From: an uncultured bacterium
Lineage (GTDB): Bacteria > Actinomycetota > Thermoleophilia > Solirubrobacterales > 70-9
Assembly (NCBI GenBank): GCA_963806865.1
Contig: CAWDYV010000002.1
Span: forward strand, 89,194 to 153,193
Length of the DNA: 64,000 bases
Reading direction: 5' to 3'
Position numbers and translations under genes: made by a program. The notes under the pieces were generated by a model. The model ran no database searches. It worked only from the letters and a program-made list of their open reading frames with translations, and had not been told where the DNA came from. Each line of letters starts with the position of its first letter. The stretch's first letter is position 1. This document shows positions 38,475 to 46,304 of the stretch, one piece after another.

Positions 38475-39251
38475 GGTGATTCCTCGCCGAGTTCGACCCT
38501 ATCCGGCTCAAAGCGATGGCCGCCGCGGCCGCGACGCCCAGGGACTCGACGGCGTCGGGGCGCATCGGAATGGTCCACGTTGCGTCGGTCGCGTCGATGA
38601 CCTCCTGCGGGCAGGCCGTCGCGCTCGGAGCCGAGGCAGATGGTCTCGCGCGTCCGCGTGCGGGCTCCGGAGCGCCTCCGTGGGCAACCAAGGAGACGCG
38701 AGGGCGCAGGCGTCTCCTCGAGGTCGCAGCGCGCTGATGGGCACGGTGAAGATCGCGCCCATCGAGGCGCGGACCGCCTTGGGGCCGTACGGGTCGGCGC
38801 ACTCGGGCCCCAGCGCGACCCAGGCGTCGGCGAGCGCCCCGGCGCTGCGGACGATGCTCCCCACGTTCCCGGGATCCCCGACGCCGTGGAGATACACGCA
38901 AAGCGCCCCCTCCCCAGGCAAACGTCCCACGCTAGTGCCCCTATAGGGGCACGTTGTTGGACGTTTTGCCTCGGGGAGGGGCCATATGGCGATCGCGCGG
39001 GTGCCTGAGCCCAGGGTCGAGACCGCGTCGAGGAGCTCGGCGGCGACTTCGTCGCCGCCCACGCCCTCGCCCTCGCGCGTGAGGAGTAGCGACCGGCTCG
39101 TAGCCCGGCGGAGCGACCTGCTTCCAGCAGGTCTTCGCCCTCGGTGACGAACAGGCCCTCGCGCTCGCGGTGCTTGCGCTCGGCGAGCTTTCGCACCAGC
39201 TTCAGCTTCTCGTTGTCTTTGCTTGTGATCGTCGATCGAAAGTGCGTGCAT
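38471..39251 (-). CDS. TrmH/SpoU-family RNA 2'-O-methyltransferase, frame-disrupted, carrying an in-frame palindromic insert
   Basis: [37 protein letters not shown]; [18 protein letters not shown]; [56 protein letters not shown]; LGSERDGLP...[23 protein letters not shown]. The stop overlaps the pheS ATG (ATGA). Confidence 0.75.
38912..38976. repeat. Palindromic element, copy A (CCCCTATAGGGG-core subfamily), inside the TrmH-like coding sequence
   Basis: ccccaggcaaacgtcccacgctagtgcccctataggggcacgttgttggacgttttgcctcgggg. Imperfect ~65-bp palindrome centred at 38943/38944, with arms AAACGTCC..AC / GT..GGACGTTT. Confidence 0.8.
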
Positions 39252-39264
39252 TCTCGTTATCGCC

Positions 39265-39291
39265 AACAAAAAGGGCGCCTCTGGGGCGCCC
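39265..39291 (-). terminator. Rho-independent terminator after rplT
   Basis: The minus strand reads GGGCGCC-CCAGA-GGCGCCC followed by TTTTTGTT, about 30 nt after the rplT stop and just before the TrmH-like start. Confidence 0.75.
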
Positions 39292-39322
39292 GTGGAATCC
39301 TGGTCGGCGGTCGAGGATTCGC

Positions 39323-39684
39323 TCAGGCCGCCGCGGCCTCCCGGGCTAGGTCGGTAAAACGTCGAAACGCCTCGGGGTCGCGCACGGCGAGGTCGGCGAG
39401 CATCTTGCGGTTGACCTCGACCTCGGCCAGCTTCAGGCCGTGCATCAGCTCGCGAGTAGCTCATGCCCTCCTGCCTCGCGGCGGCGTTGATGCGGACGAT
39501 CCAGAGGCGGCGGAAGTCGCGCTTGCGCCGGCGGCGGTCGCGGAACGCGTAGTTCCCCGAGCGCATGACCTGCTCGTTCGCGAAGCGGTAGCTCGAGTGC
39601 TTGCGGCCGTAGTAGCCCTTGGCCTGGTCGAGGATCTTCTTCTTGCGCTTCTTGCGAGCGACGGCGTTCGTTGCGCGAGGCCAT
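39323..39684 (-). CDS. rplT: 50S ribosomal protein L20 (frame-disrupted)
   Basis: [117 protein letters not shown]-stop. An extra G right after the ATG and one more indel near 39.45 kb break the frame. Confidence 0.9.
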
Positions 39685-39687
39685 GCG

Positions 39688-39888
39688 CTACTTCCTCTTC
39701 GCGAGCAGGCGGTTGACGCGCTCGGTATCGGCCGGAGCGACGTCGGTGGGCTTGGCCATGCGGCGCTTCCGCTTCGGCGACTTCTTCTCCAGGATGTGGC
39801 TGGAGTACGCGCGCCGGCCGCGGAGCTTGCCGCTGGCGGTCTTGCGAAAGCGCTTCTTGGCGCCCGAATGGGACTTCATCTTCGGCAT
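39688..39888 (-). CDS. rpmI: 50S ribosomal protein L35
   Basis: Intact: [62 protein letters not shown]. Three nt separate its stop from the rplT ATG. Confidence 0.9.
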   Translation of the reverse strand: MPKMKSHSGAKKRFRKTASGKLRGRRAYSSHILEKKSPKRKRRMAKPTDVAPADTERVNRLLAKRK

Positions 39889-39898
39889 GGCGAACGGA

Positions 39899-40701
39899 CT
39901 ATTGAAGCAGAGCCGCCGGCGCTCGTCGGCCGCCGGGCGGCCACTCCGGTGCTCGATCGAGCTCGGCTTCGGCGGGCGCCTCGGCTCGGCTCGAGGGCCT
40001 TCGGCGTCTGGGGTCGACTCCTCGCGGCTCAGGCCGGCCTCGGGCGACCTCGGCCTGCGTCCGGAGGTTCGGCCGCCTCCGGCTACGGCCTCAGCGCTCG
40101 GCTCACCGCGGGCTGCTCGCCCGTCTTGGCCTTGTCGCGCTCGCTTGAGCGCCTCCTTCGAGGGCGCGAGCAGCATGTGCATGTTGCGGCCCTCCTGGAG
40201 GGGGTTCTGCTCGATCACGCCGAGCCCGTCGAGGTCTTCGAAGAGGCGCTGCGAGGAGGTTGCGCCCTCGCTCGGGGTGCGCCTGCTCGCGGCCGCGGAA
40301 CATGATCGTGACCTTCACCTTGTCGCCCCGCTGCAGGAAGCGCTCGACGTGGCCCTTCTTGGTCGAGTAGTCGTGGTCGGCGATCTTCGGGACGCAGCTT
40401 GATCTCGCGCACGTTGATCTGCTGCTGGTGCTTGCGGGCCGCTTTGGCCTTCTGCTCCTGCTCGTACTTGTACTTCGAGTAGTCGAGGAGCCGGGCGACG
40501 GGCGGGCGCGAGTCGGGAGCGACCTCGACCAGGTCGAGATCGCGCTCCTGTGCCATCTCAAGCGCTTTCTTGGGTGTCGATGACGCCGATCTGCTTGCCG
40601 TCCTCGTCGACCAGGCGGACCTCGCGAACGCCGATGCGCTCGTTGATCCGAGTCTGGTCCCGCTCGGGCATCCGGCGGTCGAAACGTCGAGGGACCGGCA
40701 C
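39899..40701 (-). CDS. infC: Translation initiation factor IF-3 (frame-disrupted; 3' end uncertain)
   Basis: [28 protein letters not shown](A)[99 protein letters not shown]...[19 protein letters not shown]. An extra A in GAAAGCG breaks the frame near 40.56 kb. The core ends about 40.17 kb. The tail could stop near 40.09 kb or run on to 39.90 kb. Confidence 0.85.
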
Positions 40702-40786
40702 TAGATGAAGCTGTTGCGGCGCGTCAAGTCGTTAATGGCGCTGCGAGGTGTTGGGGAACTCCATCTGCGCGGAAGTATAGAGCCGT

Positions 40787-42712
40787 TCTCGAGATGTCAA
40801 GCCCGAAGCCGCTCGGCGAGCGCTTCGGCCGACATCGCGCCCAGATCGCCGTCCTCAGTGCGAGCGCACCGAGATCTCGCCCGACTCGGCCTCGCGGTCG
40901 CCCAGGATCACCATGTAGGGGAGCTTCGCGAGCTCGGCGTCGCGGATCTTCCGGCCGACCGACTCGGTGCGGTCGTCGACGCGGGCGCGGACGCCCTGAG
41001 GCGCTGAGCTCTGCGACGACCTGCGCCGCGCGCTCGTTGTGGCGGTCGGCGACGGGCAGGACGCCGACCTGCACCGGCGCGAGCCAGTCGGGGAAGCGCC
41101 CCGCGTAGTGCTCGATCAGGATCCCCGCGAAGCGCTCCATCGAGCCCAGGAGCGCACGGTGGATCATCACCGGCCGGTGCTCGGCGTTGTCCTCGCCCCA
41201 GTAGGTGAGCTCGAAGCGCTCGGGCATCTGGAAGTCGAGCTGGCAGGTGCCGAGCTGCCAGGAGCGGCCGAGCGCGTCGGTCACGTGGAAGTCGATCTTG
41301 GGCCCGTAGAAGGAGCCGTCGCCGGGGTTGAGGACGTACTCGCGGCCCTGGCCCTCGAGCGCCTCGGTGAGCGCCTTCTCGGCCGCCTCCCAGTCCTCGT
41401 CGGAGCCGATCGCCTTCTCGGGCTTGGTCGAGAGCTCGACCCGCACGTCTTCGAAGCCGAAGCGCGCGTAGAGCTCGTCGATGGACTCGCAGATCGAGTC
41501 GACCTCGGCGCGGACCTGGTCGAGCGTGCAGTAGACGTGCGCGTCGTCCTGGGTGAACGCGCGCACGCGCAGGAGGCCGTGGAGGACGCCCTCGCGCTCG
41601 TGGCGCGAGACGTGGCCGTACTCGGCGAGGCGCAGCGGCAGCTCGCGGTACGAGCGCCGCTCGGCGCCGAAGACGAGGCAGGCGCCGGGGCAGTTCATCG
41701 GCTTGAGCGCGAACTGGCGCTCGTCCACGTCCGAGAAGTACATGTTCTCGCGGTAGTTGTCGTAGTGGCCCGAGCGGTGCCAGAGCTCGACGTCCATGAT
41801 GTGCGGCGTCTTGATCTCGGCGTAGCCGCGCTTTTCGAGCTGCGCGTCCACCTCGTCCTGGATCAGGCGCAGGAGCACGGTGCCCTGGGGCAGCCAGAAC
41901 GGCATGCCCGGGCGACTCGGGGCGCAGCATGAAGAGGCCGAGCTCGCGGCCGAGGCGGCGGTGGTCGCGCTCGCGCGCCTCGTCGAGGAGGCGCTCGTGC
42001 TCTTCCAGGTCGGCCTGCTTGAAGAACGCGGTGCCGTAGATCCGGCTCAGCATGTTCGCGGCTCTCGTCGCCGCGCCAGTAGGCGCCGGCGACCGAGGTG
42101 AGCTTGAAGGCCTTGATGCGCTTGGTCGTCGGGCCGTGCGGGCCGAGGCAGAGGTCGGTGAAGGGGCCGTTGCGGTAGAGCGAGACGGTCTCGACGCCCT
42201 GGTCGCGCACCAGGTCCTCGATCAGCTCGACCTTGTAGGGCTGATCCTCGGCGGCGAAGCGCTCCATGCGCCTCGCCCGGCGTCACGTCCGTGCGCTCGA
42301 ACTCCTCGTCGGCGGCGATGTGGCGGGCCATCGCCTCCTCGATCTTCGGCAGGTCGTCGACCGACGGGCGGAAGTCGTCCGGGAACTCGAAGTCGTAGTA
42401 GAAGCCGTTCTCGATCGCCGGGCCGATCGAGACCTTCGTGCCCGGCCACAGCTCGACCACCGCGGTCGCGAGGACGTGCGCGGCGTCGTGGCGGATGAGC
42501 GCGAGCGCCTCGGGGTCGCGGTCGGTGAGGATCGCGATCTCGGCGCCGTCGGGAAGCGGCGCCGAGAGGTCGCGGAGCTCGCCGTCGACCTTGATCGCAA
42601 GCGCCGCCTTCGCGAGGCCCGGGCCGATCGCCGCAGCGGCGTCGGCGCCCGTCGCTCCGTCCGAGAGCTCGAGCGGGGTCCCGTCGGGAAGCTTTACGGT
42701 GATCGCGGCCAT
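40787..42712 (-). CDS. thrS: Threonine--tRNA ligase, frame-disrupted
   Basis: [16 protein letters not shown] (TGS); [38 protein letters not shown]; [11 protein letters not shown]; [13 protein letters not shown]; [11 protein letters not shown]...CPGACLVF...[39 protein letters not shown]; [12 protein letters not shown]...[14 protein letters not shown]; [11 protein letters not shown]; C-terminal anticodon-binding domain. Many frame changes. Confidence 0.9.
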
Positions 42713-42722
42713 GGCGCTGATG

Positions 42723-44581
42723 CTATTCGCGGCTAGTCGGCGCGGCTCGGCGCGGTCGCCGTCGGCGACGAACGGGCAGCCCGGGTCGGAGCCCGCGAGC
42801 TTGCGCGCGGTAGAGGACGTACTCGAGCCCGTCCGACTCGTGCGCGGTCGATCTCGCTCGAGCCGGCCGACGACCGGCAGCGGCTCGTCCAGCTCGCCGA
42901 TCACGACCACCGCTCCGAACGCCTTGTCCGACACCGTCTCCGGCGAGACCTCCTCCTCGGAGATGACGCACACCTCGCGCCCGCGAAGCTCCCACGTGAC
43001 CAGGTCTCGGCCGTTCTGCGACGGCGAGCTCGTCGTCGATCACGGCCAGGACCGGCTCGTCCTCGGCGAGCTGAGCCGAGAACTCGAGCAGCGCCGGCGT
43101 CCAGGTCGACGGGCCGACCGGACCGTTCACCAGGGCAAGCGCGCTCGAGCCCGCGGCGCCGACCACGAAGGCGAGCGTGAGGGCGGGCACGGCGAGCGCG
43201 CGGCCGGGGCGCTCGCGGAGCGTGTGGACGGGCGGCGTCGCCTCGAGGCAGCCGCGCACCGCGATCAGCATCGCGACCGGCGCGACGATCGCGAGCGCCT
43301 TCGCCTCCTGGTAGGGCGTGCCGCCGACGAGCGCGTAGACGTAGAGGAGCGCCGCCGGCCGCGACCGCCGACGACGAGCGCCGTCTCGCCCGCCCGAAGC
43401 GCGCGCACCAGCCCGAGCCCGAGCGCGAGCGCGCCGATCAGCGCCGCCGAGGTAGAAGGCGAACGCCGGCGCGAAGCCGGCGCCCGGGATCGAGCCGGAA
43501 GTCGCCGGACGGCCAGATGCCGAGCGCCTCGATCGGCGAGATCGGGTTGAAGAGGTTGCCGAGGCCCGCGCCGCTCGGGTCGAAGGTCTCGAAGCTCGCG
43601 AAGTCGATCATGCGCGGGATCTCGGGCGCGGCCGCGACGAGCGACGGCCGCGACGGCGATCGAGCGCCGGGACCAGCGCGTCGCGGATCGGCGTAGAGCC
43701 GCCGGGCGCGAACGATCTCGGCGACCGCGAAGACCCCGAGCGTGCCGACGAGCCACGTCAGGCCCGGGAAAGCTGTAGGCGTAGAGCGAGCCGATCGGCG
43801 AGCAGCCGCGAGCGGGACGGCCTTGAGGCGGCCCCAGCGCTTGAGGCGCGGTGCCTCGGGCGCGCCGTTCGCCTGCGCCAGCTCGGCGAGCCCGATCGCG
43901 AACGCCAGCACGAACAGCGCCTGCATCGTCTCCTTGAAGGCGCCCTGGATGAAGTACGACGCCGCCAGGTAGGCCACGCCGACGAGGAGCGCCGCGCCGA
44001 TTCGCCGCGGCGTCTCGAGGCCACTCGAGCAGCGCCGAGCGGCGCGAGCGTTGCGGCGACGACGGTCGCCAGCGTGAGCCCGCCGAACGCCGTGGACGAG
44101 TGACGGCCCCAGCTTCGCGACCGAGGCAACGAGAGCGTGCGGGCCGAGCGGATACCCCTCGGCGATCAGCCGCTCCTCTCCGCCGCTCGACGAGGCGGTC
44201 CGTCGCGAAGAGGTGCTGCGACATGTCGGGGTTGAGCGAGGTGCCGAGGATCCCGAACCGCATCTCGACCACGAACGGCAGCGACCCGAGGACGACCGCG
44301 CCGACCAGCGGCGGGCACGCGCCCTCGAGTCTCCCCGGTCGGCGGGCTCGAAGCGAAGCGCCGTCGCGCCGACGAGCGTCAGCACGGCGACGGCGCCCAG
44401 GCCCGGCCCAGGCCGAGCCGGCGAGGTCGGTCGCGAGCCAGGCGACGGCGCAGAGCAGGCCGAGGCCGACGGCCGGGGCGAGGGGCGAGCGCTCGCGGTG
44501 GCCGCACAGGCAGAAGATCGCCTGCCCGACGACGAACGAGGCCCCCAGGATGAGCGCCAGCGAGACGTAGGTGCCGAGCAT
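42723..44581 (-). CDS. Large polytopic membrane protein with C-terminal extracytoplasmic domain (family not recognised), frame-disrupted
   Basis: MLGTYVSLALILGASFVVGQAIFCLC...; LGSLPFVVEMRFGILGTSLNPDMSQHLF; AEGYPLGPHALVASVAKL; LLVGVAYLAASYFIQGAFKETMQALFVLAFAIGLAEL; FPGLTWLVGTLGVFAVAEI; FNPISPIEALGIWPSGDFRL; tail ...VISEEEVSPETVSDKAFGAVVVIGELDEPLPVVGRLE. Many frame changes. Confidence 0.45.
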
Positions 44582-44641
44582 CGGGCGGCGAGCCTAAAGC
44601 CGACGCGCCAGGCCCGGCGCCGGGGGCGACGCGCCTCCGGG

Positions 44642-44701
44642 TCACGTGACGAGAATGATGATGATGATGATCAGGAGCAGGGTGCCGAGTCCGATGTACA
44701 T
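44642..44701 (-). CDS. 19-codon hydrophobic mini-ORF, copy 1 (downstream copy): MYIGLGTLLLIIIIIILVT
   Basis: ATG 44701-44699 is preceded by aacacAGGAGatcgc (SD, 5-nt spacer). The stop is TGA at 44644-44642. Six consecutive Ile codons (ATC x5, ATT). Confidence 0.55.
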   Translation of the reverse strand: MYIGLGTLLLIIIIIILVT

Positions 44702-44716
44702 GCGATCTCCTGTGTT

Positions 44717-44776
44717 CTAGGTGACGAGAATGATGATGATGATGATCAGGAGCAGGGCTCCGAGTCCGATGTACAT
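44717..44776 (-). CDS. 19-codon hydrophobic mini-ORF, copy 2 (upstream copy): MYIGLGALLLIIIIIILVT
   Basis: ATG 44776-44774 is preceded by aaGGAAGGAGagcac. The stop is TAG at 44719-44717. It differs from copy 1 by one conservative replacement (Thr/Ala), two synonymous changes and the stop codon. Confidence 0.55.
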   Translation of the reverse strand: MYIGLGALLLIIIIIILVT

Positions 44777-44871
44777 GTGCTCTCCTTCCTTGGACTGAGC
44801 GGGATGCGCTCATCCTTACCCCTTCGGCGGACGCTCAAGCGCATCCGATTGGCAGCCGCGCCTCGAAGCGT

Positions 44872-45331
44872 CTAGAGCTCGCGCTCGTAGAAGAGCATCA
44901 GCGGGCCCGAGCCGCGGCCCTCGTGGTTCGTGAAGCCCTCGCTCTCGTAAAGCGCGACGCGCCGCCTCGTCGTCCTCGCTCGTGCCGAGCTCCATATGCG
45001 TGCGCACCCTCGGCGCGCGCAACGTCCATCGCCTCGCGCAGGAGCTTGCGGCCGATCCCCTGCCCACGCAGGTCCGGGACCACGTAGAGCTCCTCGAGAT
45101 AGGCAGTCGAGCTTCGCCGTCCAGACGGACTTGCGAAAGCGAAGCTCGGCGAGGCCGTCCGGCCCGTCGCCGGCGAGGAGCACGACCATGTCGCCCGCGT
45201 CGAGCATCTCGCGCGCGTTCCGGTCAGCACCTCGACGCCGGGCGTGAAGTCGTCGTACTCGGTGTTGAAGTCGTGAAGCAGCCGCGCCACGTCGGGCGCG
45301 TCGTCGGGGTGGCGCGTCGAACGCGGCTCAC
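44872..45331 (-). CDS. GNAT family N-acetyltransferase, frame-disrupted
   Basis: RRATPDDAPDVARLLHDFNTEYDDFTPGVEVL; MLDAGDMVVLLAGDGPDGLAELRFRKSVWT; YLEELYVVPDLRGQGIGRKLLREAMDVARAEGA; ALYESEGFTNHEGRGSGPLMLFYEREL-stop. Pieces lie in 3 frames. Confidence 0.65.
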
Positions 45332-45335
45332 GAGA

Positions 45336-45408
45336 TGGGCACTACTGGGCTCGAACCAGTGACCTCCGCCTTGTCGAGGCGGCGCTCTCCCAACTGAGCT
45401 AAGCGCCC
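45336..45408 (-). tRNA. tRNA-Val (anticodon GAC)
   Basis: Minus strand: GGGCGCT-TA-GCTC-AGTTGGGA-GAGC-G-CCGCC-TCGACAA-GGCGG-AGGTC-ACTGG-TTCGAGC-CCAGT-AGTGCCC-A. Full cloverleaf of 73 nt with no encoded CCA. The anticodon loop has C instead of the usual U at position 33. Confidence 0.85.
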
Positions 45409-45454
45409 GAGCGTCGGAATTTACCAGCGGCGCGTTCGGCTAGCTTCCGCGCGC

Positions 45455-46241
45455 GTGATCGCACTCGTGACAGGCGCTTCCAGCGGTATCGGCGAAGCGA
45501 CCGCCAAGCGGATCGCCCGCGAGCCGGGCGCGAAGCTCATCCTGGTCGCGCGCCGCCAGGACCGCCTCGATGCCCTGGCCGCCGAGATCGGCGGCGCGAC
45601 GGTGATCGCGGTCGACCTCACCGACGACGACGCGCCGGCGAAGGTCGCCGAGCGGGTCGAGGCCGAGCACGGGCGGCTCGACCTCCTGGTGAACAACGCG
45701 GGCGCGGCGTGGCGCGGGCAGGTTCGGCGAGACGGGCTGGGAGAACCTCGAGCGCCACATGAAGCTCAACTTCGACTCGGTCGCACGCCTGACCGAGGCC
45801 CTCCTCCCCATCCTCCGGCGCTCGGCGCCGAGCTCGATCGTGAACGTCGCCTCGACCGCCGGCCGGGTCTCGCGCGCGCAACTCCGGCGCCTACTCGGCG
45901 TCGAAGTTCGCTCTCGCCGGCTGGACGGACGCGCTCCATCTCGAGGAGCGCGAGCACGGCGTGCACGTCGGCATGGTCCTTCCCGGCTTCGTCACCACCG
46001 AGGGCTTTCCGCAGAAGGAGCTCGTCGACAAGCCGCACACGCGCTGGATCGTCTCGACGCCCGACAAGGTCGCCGAGGCGATCATGGACGCCGGCCCCGG
46101 CGGCAAGGCCGAGCGCTACGTGCCGCGCGCCGTACGCGCTGGCGGCTGCGTCGCGAGTCGTGATGCCGTCGCGTCGTCCGCCGCGCCCTCTCGGGCGGCA
46201 GCAAGGCGATCACGCCCGCCACGGGCTCAGACGAACGCTAA
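45455..46241 (+). CDS. Short-chain dehydrogenase/reductase (SDR), frame-disrupted
   Basis: IALVTGASSGIGEATAKRIA (TGxxxGxG); LDLLVNNAGAA; MKLNFDSVARLTEALLPILRRSAPSSIVNVASTAG; YSASKFALAGWTDALHLEE...GVHVGMVLPGFVTTEGF (YxxxK). The stop TAA is at 46239-46241 in a further frame. Confidence 0.8.
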
Positions 46242-46243
46242 AG

Positions 46244-46303
46244 GGGCGAAACGTCCCAATTGGCCTCGTATAGAGGGTCGCGTGGGACGTTGGTGCCTGG
46301 GGC
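46244..46303. repeat. Palindromic element, copy B (CTCTATA-core subfamily), between convergent SDR and phosphoesterase genes
   Basis: ggggcgaaacgtcccaattggcctcgtatagagggtcgcgtgggacgttggtgcctgggg. Arms AACGTCCCA / TGGGACGTT. Starts 2 nt after the SDR stop. Confidence 0.8.
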
Positions 46304-46304
46304 C

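Larger units (their letters stand above)
44642..44791. repeat. Tandem duplication, 2 x 75 bp (mini-ORF plus its SD)
   Basis: Units 44642..44716 and 44717..44791. The 60-nt coding parts differ at 5 positions. The 15-nt SD spacers are more diverged but still alignable. Confidence 0.85.

Noticed and set aside
39688-40218. infC-rpmI translational fusion (the frame is open from IF-3 into L35)
   Set aside because: rpmI has its own ATG and is a universally separate gene. The open frame crosses a low-complexity GC-rich stretch in an indel-rich region, and stops exist in the other frames.
44642-44776. Classical ilv/leu-type attenuation leader as the sole explanation for the Ile-run mini-ORFs
   Set aside because: No branched-chain amino-acid biosynthesis, transport or tRNA-synthetase gene follows. 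Two complete tandem copies are atypical for attenuators, and the downstream hairpins lack a U-tract. It is kept only as an alternative hypothesis in the findings.
44642-44791. Possible CRISPR-like or minisatellite array
   Set aside because: There are only two units, the units are contiguous with no unique spacers, there are no cas genes, and each unit has full gene signals (SD, ATG, stop).
44213-44875. 220-aa plus-strand ORF with a duplicated acidic DENDDDDDQEQG(A/S)ESDVH motif
   Set aside because: It is the mirror image of the two minus-strand mini-ORFs and of the membrane-protein gene. It has no start context of its own, and the rest of the ORF is Arg/Ala/Pro junk.
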